The notes under the pieces are model-generated. The model was not told the origin of the DNA. It saw only the letters and a program-made list of their open reading frames with translations, and did not search any database. Shown here piece by piece: positions 47,995 through 58,845 of a stretch of 64,000 nucleotides of DNA. The position numbers and the translations under genes are program-made. How positions within the stretch are numbered: position 1 is the stretch's first letter; each line of letters begins with the position of its first letter. Origin of the DNA: Escherichia coli (GTDB taxonomy: Bacteria; Pseudomonadota; Gammaproteobacteria; Enterobacterales; Enterobacteriaceae); NCBI RefSeq assembly GCF_044324875.1, contig NZ_CP172185.1, one strand, 5' to 3'.

Positions 47995-48139
47995 GTTTCA
48001 GGACGCCACAATTTAAGCGTTCTGCCTAAAAATCATTTCTACCGAACTCAACCAGATTCTCCCCACATCACCAGCAATTTGCGGGCATATCCCAATTCGG
48101 GGAAATGTGTTCCTGAGCTATAGCACTGACTGACGTGAA

Positions 48140-48240
48140 ATGTCGTGCGGCCCCGTGATGCTGTTGAACGTCAAATGACGTCATCAGGAGCGTAACGCAT
48201 CCATAAAGCACAACATCGGGCAGAACGCCGACTGATGAGA
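48140..48240 (+). pseudogene. short relic of a P4-type integrase C-terminus (yjdQ-like)
   Basis: The broken frames read ..RDAVERQMT.. and ..HQERNASIKHNIGQNAD.., reminiscent of ..IERQLAH.ERN.V..AYN... The evidence is weak. Confidence 0.35.
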
Positions 48241-48572
48241 TTTTCTGAATGAGAACAAAGAGAAATGTATCAGTCCGCTTGCTCATGCAAAGACTAACAA
48301 TCCATAAAAATAGTAAGCGCTCCGGGCAATTTTCCATGGATTATTTTCTGAACATTTTTCTTTGGCAAAGATGATGAATTTTGATGGTAAGGAATATTAC
48401 TTCTGGTTCTCAGTAAAATCCTTTCGTAATACTATGTGATCAAGAAGTTTATGGCTGGTAAAAATAACGTCTTGCATTCACCAATAATATGTAAATAAAC
48501 CCATCTATAGATGGTAAAAATAGGTTGTGGCAATTATCATTGCATCATTCCCTTTTCGAATGAGTTTCTATT

Positions 48573-50111
48573 ATGCAACAACCTGTAGTTCGCGTTGGCG
48601 AATGGCTTGTTACTCCGTCCATAAACCAAATTAGCCGCAATGGGCGTCAACTTACCCTTGAGCCGAGATTAATCGATCTTCTGGTTTTCTTTGCTCAACA
48701 CAGTGGCGAAGTACTTAGCAGGGATGAACTTATCGATAATGTCTGGAAGAGAAGTATTGTCACCAATCACGTTGTGACGCAGAGTATCTCAGAACTACGT
48801 AAGTCATTAAAAGATAATGATGAAGATAGTCCTGTCTATATCGCTACTGTACCAAAGCGCGGCTATAAATTAATGGTGCCGGTTATCTGGTACAGCGAAG
48901 AAGAGGGAGAGGAAATAATGCTATCTTCGCCTCCCCCTATACCAGAGGCGGTTCCTGACACAGATTCTCCCTCCCACAGTCTTAACATTCAAAACACCGC
49001 AACACCACCTGAACAATCCCCTGTTAAAAGCAAACGATTCACTACCTTTTGGGTATGGTTTTTTTTCCTGTTGTCGTTAGGTATCTGTGTAGCACTGGTA
49101 GCGTTTTCAAGTCTTGATACACGTCTTCCGATGAGCAAATCGCGTATTTTGCTCAATCCACGCGATATTGACATTAATATGGTAAATAAAAGTTGTAACA
49201 GCTGGAGTTCCCCGTATCAGCTCTCTTACGCGATAGGCGTGGGTGATTTGGTGGCGACATCACTTAACACCTTCTCCACCTTTATGGTGCATGACAAAAT
49301 CAACTACAACATTGATGAACCGAGCAGTTCCGGTAAAACATTATCTATTGCGTTTGTTAATCAGCGCCAATACCGTGCTCAACAATGCTTTATGTCGGTA
49401 AAATTGGTAGACAATGCAGATGGTTCAACCATGCTGGATAAACGTTATGTCATCACTAACGGTAATCAGCTGGCGATTCAAAATGATTTACTCCAGAGTT
49501 TATCAAAAGCGTTAAACCAACCGTGGCCACAACGAATGCAGGAGATGCTCCAGCAAATTTTGCCTCATCGTGGTGCGTTATTAACTAATTTTTATCAGGC
49601 TCATGATTATTTACTGCATGGCGATGATAAATCATTGAACCGTGCCAGTGAATTACTAGGTGAGATTGTTCAATCATCCCCCGAATTTACCTACGCGAGA
49701 GCAGAAAAAGCATTAGTTGATATCGTGCGCCATTCTCAACATCCTTTGGATGAAAAACAATTAGCAGCACTGAACACAGAAATAAATAACATTGTTACAC
49801 TACCGGAATTGAATAACCTGTCCATTATATATCAAATAAAAGCGGTCAGTGCTCTGGTAAAAGGTAAAACAGATGAGTCTTACCAGGCGATAAATACTGG
49901 CATTGATCTTGAAATGTCCTGGCTAAATTATGTGTTGCTTGGCAAGGTTTATGAAATGAAGGGGATGAACCGGGAAGCAGCTGATGCATATCTCACCGCC
50001 TTTAATTTACGCCCAGGGGCAAACACCCTTTACTGGATTGAAAATGGTATATTCCAGACTTCTGTTCCTTATGTTGTACCTTATCTCGACAAATTTCTCG
50101 CTTCAGAATAA
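48573..50111 (+). CDS. cadC: ToxR-like membrane-integrated activator of the cad operon
   Basis: 512 aa, matching CadC as remembered. Confidence 0.97.
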   Translation: MQQPVVRVGEWLVTPSINQISRNGRQLTLEPRLIDLLVFFAQHSGEVLSRDELIDNVWKRSIVTNHVVTQSISELRKSLKDNDEDSPVYIATVPKRGYKLMVPVIWYSEEEGEEIMLSSPPPIPEAVPDTDSPSHSLNIQNTATPPEQSPVKSKRFTTFWVWFFFLLSLGICVALVAFSSLDTRLPMSKSRILLNPRDIDINMVNKSCNSWSSPYQLSYAIGVGDLVATSLNTFSTFMVHDKINYNIDEPSSSGKTLSIAFVNQRQYRAQQCFMSVKLVDNADGSTMLDKRYVITNGNQLAIQNDLLQSLSKALNQPWPQRMQEMLQQILPHRGALLTNFYQAHDYLLHGDDKSLNRASELLGEIVQSSPEFTYARAEKALVDIVRHSQHPLDEKQLAALNTEINNIVTLPELNNLSIIYQIKAVSALVKGKTDESYQAINTGIDLEMSWLNYVLLGKVYEMKGMNREAADAYLTAFNLRPGANTLYWIENGIFQTSVPYVVPYLDKFLASE

Positions 50112-50476
50112 GTAACTCCCGGGTTGATTTATGCTCGGGAATATTTGTTGTTGAGTTTTTGTATGTTCCTGTTGGTATAATATGTTGCGGCAATTTATTT
50201 GCCGCATAATTTTTATCACATAAATTTAACCAGGAAATATCCCGCAATCCATTGTAAACATTGAATGTTTATCTTTTCATGATATCAACTTGCGATCCTG
50301 ATGTGTTAATAAAAAACCTCAAGTTCTCACTTACAGAAACTTTTGTGTTATTTCACCTAATCTTTAGGATTAATCCTTTTTTCGTGAGTATTCTTAGCGC
50401 CAGTTTGGTCTGGTCAGGAAATAGTTATACATCATGACCCGGACTCCAAATTCAAAAATGAAATTAGGAGAAGAGC
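50112..50476 (+). promoter_or_regulatory. cadC-cadB intergenic region containing Pcad and the CadC binding sites
   Basis: The position is equivalent to the K-12 Pcad region. The individual Cad1 and Cad2 sites were not mapped here. Confidence 0.6.
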
Positions 50477-51811
50477 ATGAGTTCTGCCAAGAAGATCGGG
50501 CTATTTGCCTGTACCGGTGTTGTTGCCGGTAATATGATGGGGAGCGGTATTGCATTATTACCTGCGAACCTAGCAAGTATCGGTGGTATTGCTATCTGGG
50601 GTTGGATTATCTCTATTATTGGTGCAATGTCGCTGGCGTATGTATATGCCCGACTGGCAACAAAAAACCCGCAACAAGGTGGCCCAATTGCTTATGCCGG
50701 AGAAATTTCCCCTGCATTTGGTTTTCAGACAGGTGTTCTTTATTACCATGCTAACTGGATTGGTAACCTGGCGATTGGTATTACCGCTGTATCTTATCTT
50801 TCCACCTTCTTCCCAGTATTAAATGATCCTGTTCCGGCGGGTATCGCCTGTATTGCTATCGTCTGGGTATTTACCTTTGTAAATATGCTCGGCGGTACCT
50901 GGGTAAGCCGTTTAACCACTATTGGTCTGGTGCTGGTTCTTATTCCTGTGGTAATGACTGCTATTGTTGGCTGGCATTGGTTTGATGCTGCGACTTATGC
51001 TGCTAACTGGAATACTGCGGATACCACCGATGGTCATGCGATCATTAAAAGTATTCTGCTCTGCCTGTGGGCCTTCGTGGGTGTTGAATCCGCAGCTGTA
51101 AGTACTGGTATGGTTAAAAACCCGAAACGTACCGTTCCGCTGGCAACCATGCTGGGTACTGGTTTAGCAGGTATTGTTTATATCGCTGCGACTCAGGTGC
51201 TTTCCGGTATGTATCCGTCTTCTGTAATGGCAGCTTCCGGTGCTCCGTTTGCAATCAGTGCTTCAACTATCCTCGGTAATTGGGCTGCGCCGCTGGTTTC
51301 TGCATTCACCGCCTTTGCGTGCCTGACCTCTCTGGGCTCCTGGATGATGTTGGTAGGCCAGGCAGGTGTACGTGCCGCTAACGACGGTAACTTCCCGAAA
51401 GTTTATGGTGAAGTCGACAGCAACGGTATTCCGAAAAAAGGTCTGCTGCTGGCTGCAGTGAAAATGACTGCCCTGATGATCCTCATCACTCTGATGAACT
51501 CTGCCGGTGGTAAAGCATCTGACCTGTTCGGTGAACTGACCGGTATCGCAGTACTGCTGACTATGCTGCCGTACTTCTACTCTTGCGTTGACCTGATTCG
51601 TTTTGAAGGCGTTAACATCCGCAACTTTGTCAGCCTGATCTGCTCTGTACTGGGTTGCGTGTTCTGCTTCATCGCGCTGATGGGCGCAAGCTCCTTCGAG
51701 CTGGCAGGTACCTTCATCGTCAGCCTGATTATCCTGATGTTCTACGCTCGCAAAATGCACGAGCGCCAGAGCCACTCAATGGATAACCACACAGCGTCTA
51801 ACGCACATTAA
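50477..51811 (+). CDS. cadB: lysine:cadaverine antiporter
   Basis: 444 aa: MSSAKKIGLFACTGVVAGNMMGSGIALLPANLA... Confidence 0.97.
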   Translation: MSSAKKIGLFACTGVVAGNMMGSGIALLPANLASIGGIAIWGWIISIIGAMSLAYVYARLATKNPQQGGPIAYAGEISPAFGFQTGVLYYHANWIGNLAIGITAVSYLSTFFPVLNDPVPAGIACIAIVWVFTFVNMLGGTWVSRLTTIGLVLVLIPVVMTAIVGWHWFDAATYAANWNTADTTDGHAIIKSILLCLWAFVGVESAAVSTGMVKNPKRTVPLATMLGTGLAGIVYIAATQVLSGMYPSSVMAASGAPFAISASTILGNWAAPLVSAFTAFACLTSLGSWMMLVGQAGVRAANDGNFPKVYGEVDSNGIPKKGLLLAAVKMTALMILITLMNSAGGKASDLFGELTGIAVLLTMLPYFYSCVDLIRFEGVNIRNFVSLICSVLGCVFCFIALMGASSFELAGTFIVSLIILMFYARKMHERQSHSMDNHTASNAH

Positions 51812-51890
51812 TTAAAAGTATTTTCCGAGGCTCCTCCTTTCATTTTGTCCCATGTGTTGGGAGGGGCCTTTTTTACCTGGAGATATGACT

Positions 51891-54038
51891 ATGAACGTTA
51901 TTGCAATATTGAATCACATGGGGGTTTATTTTAAAGAAGAACCCATCCGTGAACTTCATCGCGCGCTTGAACGTCTGAACTTCCAGATTGTTTACCCGAA
52001 CGACCGTGACGACTTATTAAAACTGATCGAAAACAATGCGCGTCTGTGCGGCGTTATTTTTGACTGGGATAAATATAATCTCGAGCTGTGCGAAGAAATT
52101 AGCAAAATGAACGAGAACCTGCCGTTGTACGCGTTCGCTAATACGTATTCCACTCTCGATGTAAGCCTGAATGACCTGCGTTTACAGATTAGCTTCTTTG
52201 AGTATGCGCTGGGTGCTGCTGAAGATATTGCTAATAAGATCAAGCAGACCACTGACGAATATATCAACACTATTCTGCCTCCGCTGACTAAAGCACTGTT
52301 TAAATATGTTCGTGAAGGTAAATATACTTTCTGTACTCCTGGTCACATGGGCGGTACTGCATTCCAGAAAAGCCCGGTAGGTAGCCTGTTCTATGATTTC
52401 TTTGGTCCGAACACCATGAAATCTGATATTTCCATTTCAGTATCTGAACTGGGTTCTCTGCTGGATCACAGTGGTCCACACAAAGAAGCAGAACAGTATA
52501 TCGCTCGCGTCTTTAACGCAGACCGCAGCTACATGGTGACCAACGGTACTTCCACTGCGAACAAAATTGTTGGTATGTACTCTGCTCCGGCAGGCAGCAC
52601 CATTCTGATTGACCGTAACTGCCACAAATCGCTGACCCACCTGATGATGATGAGCGATGTTACGCCAATCTATTTCCGCCCGACCCGTAACGCTTACGGT
52701 ATTCTTGGTGGTATCCCACAGAGTGAATTCCAGCACGCTACCATTGCTAAGCGTGTGAAAGAAACACCAAACGCAACCTGGCCGGTACATGCCGTAATTA
52801 CTAACTCTACCTATGATGGTCTGCTGTACAACACCGACTTCATCAAGAAAACACTGGATGTGAAATCCATCCACTTTGACTCCGCGTGGGTGCCTTACAC
52901 CAACTTCTCACCGATTTACGAAGGTAAATGCGGTATGAGCGGTGGCCGTGTAGAAGGGAAAGTGATTTACGAAACCCAGTCCACTCACAAACTGCTGGCG
53001 GCGTTCTCTCAGGCTTCCATGATCCACGTTAAAGGTGACGTAAACGAAGAAACCTTTAACGAAGCCTACATGATGCACACCACCACTTCTCCGCACTACG
53101 GTATCGTGGCGTCCACTGAAACCGCTGCGGCGATGATGAAAGGTAATGCTGGTAAGCGTCTGATCAACGGTTCCATTGAACGTGCGATCAAATTCCGTAA
53201 AGAGATCAAACGCCTGAGAACGGAATCTGATGGCTGGTTCTTTGATGTATGGCAGCCGGATCATATCGATACGACTGAATGCTGGCCGCTGCGTTCTGAC
53301 AGCACCTGGCACGGCTTCAAAAACATCGATAACGAGCACATGTATCTTGACCCGATCAAAGTCACCCTGCTGACTCCGGGGATGGAAAAAGACGGCACCA
53401 TGAGCGACTTTGGTATTCCGGCCAGCATCGTGGCGAAATACCTCGACGAACATGGCATCGTTGTTGAGAAAACCGGTCCGTATAACCTGCTGTTCCTGTT
53501 CAGCATCGGTATCGATAAGACCAAAGCACTGAGCCTGCTGCGTGCTCTGACAGACTTCAAACGTGCGTTCGATCTGAACCTGCGTGTGAAAAACATGCTG
53601 CCGTCTCTGTATCGTGAAGATCCTGAATTCTATGAAAACATGCGTATTCAGGAACTGGCTCAGAATATCCACAAACTGATTGTTCACCACAATCTGCCGG
53701 ATCTGATGTATCGCGCATTTGAAGTTCTGCCGACCATGGTAATGACTCCGTATGCTGCGTTCCAGAAAGAGCTGCACGGTATGACCGAAGAAGTTTACCT
53801 CGACGAAATGGTAGGTCGTATTAACGCCAATATGATCCTTCCGTATCCGCCGGGAGTTCCTCTGGTAATGCCGGGTGAAATGATCACCGAAGAAAGCCGT
53901 CCGGTTCTGGAGTTCCTGCAGATGCTGTGTGAAATCGGCGCTCACTATCCGGGCTTTGAAACCGATATTCACGGTGCATACCGTCAGGCTGATGGCCGCT
54001 ATACCGTTAAGGTATTGAAAGAAGAAAGCAAAAAATAA
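51891..54038 (+). CDS. cadA: inducible lysine decarboxylase
   Basis: ORF 51852..54038, with the start moved to MNVIAILNHMGVYFKEEPIREL (715 aa). Confidence 0.97.
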   Translation: MNVIAILNHMGVYFKEEPIRELHRALERLNFQIVYPNDRDDLLKLIENNARLCGVIFDWDKYNLELCEEISKMNENLPLYAFANTYSTLDVSLNDLRLQISFFEYALGAAEDIANKIKQTTDEYINTILPPLTKALFKYVREGKYTFCTPGHMGGTAFQKSPVGSLFYDFFGPNTMKSDISISVSELGSLLDHSGPHKEAEQYIARVFNADRSYMVTNGTSTANKIVGMYSAPAGSTILIDRNCHKSLTHLMMMSDVTPIYFRPTRNAYGILGGIPQSEFQHATIAKRVKETPNATWPVHAVITNSTYDGLLYNTDFIKKTLDVKSIHFDSAWVPYTNFSPIYEGKCGMSGGRVEGKVIYETQSTHKLLAAFSQASMIHVKGDVNEETFNEAYMMHTTTSPHYGIVASTETAAAMMKGNAGKRLINGSIERAIKFRKEIKRLRTESDGWFFDVWQPDHIDTTECWPLRSDSTWHGFKNIDNEHMYLDPIKVTLLTPGMEKDGTMSDFGIPASIVAKYLDEHGIVVEKTGPYNLLFLFSIGIDKTKALSLLRALTDFKRAFDLNLRVKNMLPSLYREDPEFYENMRIQELAQNIHKLIVHHNLPDLMYRAFEVLPTMVMTPYAAFQKELHGMTEEVYLDEMVGRINANMILPYPPGVPLVMPGEMITEESRPVLEFLQMLCEIGAHYPGFETDIHGAYRQADGRYTVKVLKEESKK

Positions 54039-54049
54039 TTAGCTCGTAC

Positions 54050-54079
54050 AAGGGAAGTGGCTTGCCACTTCCCTTTTTT
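54050..54079 (+). terminator. cadBA terminator
   Basis: aagggaagtgg-cttg-ccacttccctt followed by tttt. Confidence 0.85.
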
Positions 54080-54096
54080 GCTCATAAGGAGAACAC

Positions 54097-55554
54097 ATGA
54101 AAACACCCTCACAGCCGCGCGCGATATACTATATCGTGGCGATCCAAATCTGGGAGTACTTCAGTTTTTACGGCATGCGTGCCTTACTCATTCTCTATCT
54201 CACCCATCAGCTTGGTTTTGATGATAACCATGCCATCAGCCTGTTCAGCGCATATGCATCTCTGGTTTACGTTACCCCTATTCTCGGCGGCTGGCTTGCC
54301 GACCGCCTGCTCGGCAACCGCACTGCAGTGATTGCCGGCGCGCTGTTAATGACCCTTGGCCATGTGGTGCTGGGCATTGATACAAATTCAACTTTTAGCC
54401 TGTATCTGGCGCTGGCAATCATTATTTGTGGCTACGGTTTATTCAAATCAAACATCAGCTGTTTGCTTGGCGAGCTCTACGACGAGAACGATCATCGACG
54501 TGATGGCGGTTTTTCGCTGCTGTATGCTGCGGGCAATATCGGTTCTATCGCAGCCCCAATCGCCTGCGGCCTGGCTGCTCAGTGGTATGGATGGCATGTT
54601 GGCTTTGCCCTTGCGGGTGGCGGCATGTTTATCGGTTTGTTGATTTTCTTAAGCGGTCATCGTCATTTCCAGTCCACGCGTAGTATGGATAAAAAAGCTC
54701 TAACAAGCGTTAAATTTGCCTTACCAGTATGGAGCTGGTTAGTGGTGATGCTCTGTTTAGCCCCTGTATTTTTTACCCTGCTGCTGGAGAACGACTGGTC
54801 AGGATATTTGCTGGCGATCGTTTGCCTCATTGCCGCACAAATCATTGCCCGCATGATGATCAAATTCCCCGAACACCGCCGTGCTCTTTGGCAAATTGTA
54901 TTGTTGATGTTTGTCGGGACATTGTTCTGGGTACTGGCACAACAGGGCGGCAGTACCATCAGCCTGTTTATCGATCGATTTGTGAATCGTCAGGCATTCA
55001 ATATTGAAGTACCTACTGCACTATTCCAGTCGGTGAACGCAATTGCGGTGATGCTCGCTGGGGTTGTACTTGCCTGGCTGGCATCGCCAGAAAGCCACGG
55101 TAACTCAACATTGCGCGTCTGGCTGAAGTTTGCCTTTGGTTTACTGCTGATGGCTTGTGGCTTTATGTTGCTGGCATTTGATGCCCGACATGCAGCGGCT
55201 GACGGTCAAGCGTCAATGGGCGTGATGATATCCGGGCTGGCGCTAATGGGCTTTGCCGAACTCTTTATTGACCCGGTGGCGATTGCGCAAATCACGCGTC
55301 TGAAAATGTCTGGCGTATTAACCGGTATTTATATGCTGGCAACAGGCGCGGTCGCCAACTGGCTGGCAGGCGTCGTGGCACAGCAGACGACAGAGTCGCA
55401 AATTAGCGGTATGGCAATTGCCGCTTACCAGCGATTCTTTTCTCAAATGGGAGAGTGGACGTTGGCTTGTGTCGCGATCATCGTGGTATTGGCCTTTGCT
55501 GCCCGTTTTCTGTTTAGCACGCCGACAAATATGATACAGGAGAGCAACGATTAA
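54097..55554 (+). CDS. dtpC: dipeptide/tripeptide:H+ permease (POT family)
   Basis: 485 aa: [35 protein letters not shown]... Confidence 0.95.
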   Translation: MKTPSQPRAIYYIVAIQIWEYFSFYGMRALLILYLTHQLGFDDNHAISLFSAYASLVYVTPILGGWLADRLLGNRTAVIAGALLMTLGHVVLGIDTNSTFSLYLALAIIICGYGLFKSNISCLLGELYDENDHRRDGGFSLLYAAGNIGSIAAPIACGLAAQWYGWHVGFALAGGGMFIGLLIFLSGHRHFQSTRSMDKKALTSVKFALPVWSWLVVMLCLAPVFFTLLLENDWSGYLLAIVCLIAAQIIARMMIKFPEHRRALWQIVLLMFVGTLFWVLAQQGGSTISLFIDRFVNRQAFNIEVPTALFQSVNAIAVMLAGVVLAWLASPESHGNSTLRVWLKFAFGLLLMACGFMLLAFDARHAAADGQASMGVMISGLALMGFAELFIDPVAIAQITRLKMSGVLTGIYMLATGAVANWLAGVVAQQTTESQISGMAIAAYQRFFSQMGEWTLACVAIIVVLAFAARFLFSTPTNMIQESND

Positions 55555-55790
55555 CTGTCGTAAAAACAATTGGTTATGAATAAATTAACTTTCAGTTTAT
55601 CACACTAGCAAATCGAGATTAATAAGTCATTTAAACCATTTTTATGGTTATTTATTAGTGATATCAACTTGAGGTAAGCGTTAGTTTCGATAAGATAAAC
55701 TGAGTTATTAATAGTCGAGGCAGATAATACAGTGTACCGATCTGTCTCTTTATCTACGCTAAATTGAAAGCTGGATTTAGAGGAACCAAA

Positions 55791-57308
55791 ATGTCTGAAC
55801 GAGAAACACGGGGAGCCAATGAGGCTATTGATTTTAACGATGAACTGAGAAATCGCCGCGAAAAACTGGCGGCACTACGTCAGCAAGGTGTGGCGTTTCC
55901 CAATGATTTTCGCCGCGACCATACCTCTGACAAGTTGCACGAAGAGTTTGATGCGAAGGATAACCAGGAACTGGAATCCTTAAACATTGAAGTCTCGGTT
56001 GCTGGCCGAATGATGACCCGTCGTATCATGGGGAAAGCCTCCTTTGTAACGTTGCAGGATGTCGGTGGCCGTATTCAACTGTACGTTGCAAGAGATAGCC
56101 TGCCAGAAGGTGTTTATAACGATCAGTTTAAAAAATGGGATCTGGGTGACATTATCGGTGCCCGCGGTACGCTGTTTAAGACGCAAACCGGTGAGCTTTC
56201 CATTCACTGTACTGAGCTGCGCCTGCTGACTAAAGCACTACGTCCTTTACCAGATAAATTCCATGGTCTGCAGGATCAGGAAGTCCGTTATCGTCAACGT
56301 TATCTGGACCTCATCGCTAACGATAAATCCCGTCAAACGTTTGTTGTCCGTTCAAAAATTCTGGCCGCTATCCGTCAGTTCATGGTCGCGCGCGGCTTTA
56401 TGGAAGTAGAAACCCCGATGATGCAGGTAATTCCAGGTGGGGCATCTGCTCGCCCGTTTATTACCCATCATAACGCTCTGGATTTAGATATGTACCTGCG
56501 TATCGCGCCGGAGCTGTATCTGAAACGTCTGGTTGTAGGCGGTTTTGAACGGGTATTCGAAATCAACCGTAACTTCCGTAATGAAGGTATTTCTGTTCGC
56601 CATAATCCTGAGTTCACAATGATGGAACTCTACATGGCGTATGCGGATTACCACGATTTGATTGAACTGACGGAGTCCCTGTTCCGCACCCTGGCACAAG
56701 AGGTTCTTGGTACCACTAAAGTCACTTATGGCGAGCATGTGTTTGATTTCGGCAAACCGTTTGAAAAACTCACCATGCGCGAAGCAATCAAAAAATATCG
56801 TCCAGAAACCGATATGGCCGACCTGGATAATTTTGATGCTGCTAAAGCATTAGCTGAATCTATCGGAATTACGGTAGAGAAAAGCTGGGGTCTGGGACGT
56901 ATTGTTACGGAGATCTTTGATGAAGTGGCAGAAGCACATCTGATTCAGCCAACCTTTATTACGGAATATCCGGCAGAAGTGTCCCCGCTGGCGCGCCGTA
57001 ATGATGTTAACCCGGAAATCACCGACCGTTTTGAATTCTTCATCGGTGGTCGTGAAATCGGTAATGGTTTTAGCGAATTAAACGACGCAGAAGATCAGGC
57101 TGAACGTTTCCAGGAACAGGTTAACGCTAAAGCTGCAGGTGACGACGAAGCCATGTTCTATGACGAAGATTACGTGACTGCGCTGGAATATGGTCTGCCG
57201 CCAACCGCTGGTCTGGGTATTGGTATCGACCGAATGATTATGCTGTTTACAAACAGTCATACTATTCGCGACGTTATTCTCTTCCCGGCGATGCGCCCAC
57301 AGAAATAA
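55791..57308 (+). CDS. lysU: lysyl-tRNA synthetase, heat-inducible
   Basis: ORF 55764..57308, with the start moved to [27 protein letters not shown] (505 aa). Confidence 0.95.
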   Translation: MSERETRGANEAIDFNDELRNRREKLAALRQQGVAFPNDFRRDHTSDKLHEEFDAKDNQELESLNIEVSVAGRMMTRRIMGKASFVTLQDVGGRIQLYVARDSLPEGVYNDQFKKWDLGDIIGARGTLFKTQTGELSIHCTELRLLTKALRPLPDKFHGLQDQEVRYRQRYLDLIANDKSRQTFVVRSKILAAIRQFMVARGFMEVETPMMQVIPGGASARPFITHHNALDLDMYLRIAPELYLKRLVVGGFERVFEINRNFRNEGISVRHNPEFTMMELYMAYADYHDLIELTESLFRTLAQEVLGTTKVTYGEHVFDFGKPFEKLTMREAIKKYRPETDMADLDNFDAAKALAESIGITVEKSWGLGRIVTEIFDEVAEAHLIQPTFITEYPAEVSPLARRNDVNPEITDRFEFFIGGREIGNGFSELNDAEDQAERFQEQVNAKAAGDDEAMFYDEDYVTALEYGLPPTAGLGIGIDRMIMLFTNSHTIRDVILFPAMRPQK

Positions 57309-57321
57309 ATTTCACTTAAAT

Positions 57322-57351
57322 GAACGAAGCAGTCAGGCGACTGCTTCGTTC
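57322..57351. terminator. 13-bp-stem hairpin between the convergent lysU and ghoT genes
   Basis: gaacgaagcagtc-aggc-gactgcttcgttc. Confidence 0.6.
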
Positions 57352-57426
57352 GTCGTTCCGCAAATCCAGTTATGAGGAGAGACGCTTCGTTTCAAGATAA
57401 CCAGCGGGTCCACTCAACTACAGCTC

Positions 57427-57600
57427 CTAAAAGAGAGAAAAAAGTAATGCCACAGGCAGACTCATTGGCCAGGTTATTCCGACCAGGAATGCACTAAGTA
57501 AACGAATATGTGTTTTCTCATGTGAGATAAACCAGATAATGACAAAGGATATGTTCACACCAATCACATAAAAAATTAATATTTTAGAGAATAGTGCCAT
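57427..57600 (-). CDS. ghoT: type V TA system membrane toxin
   Basis: Below the ORF-track cutoff. Manual translation gives MALFSKILIFYVIGVNISFVIIWFISHEKTHIRLLSAFLVGITWPMSLPVALLFSLF* (57 aa), directly downstream of ghoS. Confidence 0.9.
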   Translation of the reverse strand: MALFSKILIFYVIGVNISFVIIWFISHEKTHIRLLSAFLVGITWPMSLPVALLFSLF

Positions 57601-57627
57601 TTTTTATGTTCTTCTTATCCTTCCTGG

Positions 57628-57924
57628 CTACTTGTAAAACTGACGGAAATAGTCATCAACGGTCATAATGTTGAGGTCAAAATCAATATCCGGTAAGTCT
57701 AAGCATTTGAGCCTGATTAAATCTTCGATTTCACTTGCGGCTAATGATGTCGTTATTGCGAAGGAATTTTCATTCAATTGTCGTGGTATCCCATATTCAT
57801 CAGCCACGATAGAGGAGAAATTCATATCATACATCAATGATCTTAACCTTAAGAACACTGAGGAATAAGATGATGGATAATCAAAAGAAACAACATAAGT
57901 ATTGAACTTGTTTTTACCTTCCAT
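57628..57924 (-). CDS. ghoS: type V TA system antitoxin (endoribonuclease)
   Basis: 98 aa: MEGKNKFNTYVVSFDYPSSYSSVFLRLRSLMYDMNFSS... Confidence 0.93.
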   Translation of the reverse strand: MEGKNKFNTYVVSFDYPSSYSSVFLRLRSLMYDMNFSSIVADEYGIPRQLNENSFAITTSLAASEIEDLIRLKCLDLPDIDFDLNIMTVDDYFRQFYK

Positions 57925-58151
57925 AATATGACTCCTATCAATTTTAAACGCTCTGGGGACGCAAAACTTATTAACCCCAATCGATGATTCTCATATAGGA
58001 GATATTCTTTTTTTTTGCTCAGTAAAGGGGATGACTTGGGACAAAAAAACGCTCTCTCTGCCCATTCTTTGTGCATCCCCCTACCCTTCAGATGCTCTCC
58101 TGCATCACACCGCGGAGAGCATGAAAAATATCGTGACTCTGTACTCTCCCA

Positions 58152-58424
58152 TCAACTGCGAATATCATCATACTCCCGCGTTTTATCAAATTCGTGTTTC
58201 GCAAATGGGCATAGTGGGATAATTTTTCGTTTTTCCCGACGCATTTTTTCCACGACTTTCGCAACCAGCTGTTTACCAATCCCCTGCCCTTTCAGGCTTT
58301 CATCGACATCGGTATGTTCGATAATCGCTAAATTCTCTCCGGTCGGCACAAAGACAATTTCAGCGATTTGCTTGCCTTGTTCGTCATTAATGTAAAATTT
58401 ATTGTGGCCTTCGCGTATTTCCAT
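58152..58424 (-). CDS. yjdJ: GNAT-family acetyltransferase
   Basis: 90 aa: [40 protein letters not shown]... Confidence 0.9.
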   Translation of the reverse strand: MEIREGHNKFYINDEQGKQIAEIVFVPTGENLAIIEHTDVDESLKGQGIGKQLVAKVVEKMRREKRKIIPLCPFAKHEFDKTREYDDIRS

Positions 58425-58435
58425 TTTACCCTCGC

Positions 58436-58666
58436 TTATTTATGACGGTATTTCAGCGCGCCGCTCGGGCACGTATCAATCACTTTAACCACAGTGGTGA
58501 CGTCAACTTCATCCGGCATGATCCACGGCTTTCGTTTGAGATTAAATAACTTGCCGTTGCCACGTACGCAATTGCCAGAATGCTGACATATCGCAGTGTT
58601 GAACCAGACATCGATCTTTTCGCCGGTATAGCAGCGATAACCACCGTCCAGTAGATCCTGATCCAT
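58436..58666 (-). CDS. yjdI: small Cys-rich (Fe-S-like) protein
   Basis: ORF 58436..58723, with the start moved to [34 protein letters not shown] (76 aa). Confidence 0.85.
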   Translation of the reverse strand: MDQDLLDGGYRCYTGEKIDVWFNTAICQHSGNCVRGNGKLFNLKRKPWIMPDEVDVTTVVKVIDTCPSGALKYRHK

Positions 58667-58845
58667 GACCTTCCCCCTCTCATCAGTATGGTTTTCGCAA
58701 TAAGCATAGCCCGGAATCTTCATACCGCACCGGCAGTTTCAGTTTCCTGAGCCTCTTCCCCTATATAGCCAATCATTCTTACTCCCTTTGAATTACCCGC
58801 CTCATCAGAGATAATGCTTAAGAAATTTGTCACACAAGGAAGCTG

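Noticed and set aside
48068-48337. 89-aa minus ORF between attR and cadC
   Set aside because: It lies antisense to what looks like a decayed P4-integrase C-terminal relic. It has no RBS, and the region is intergenic or pseudogenic in the K-12 layout as I remember it.
52908-53972. 354-aa minus ORF inside cadA (and 51263..51775 inside cadB)
   Set aside because: It is antisense to highly conserved core genes, so it is a shadow ORF.
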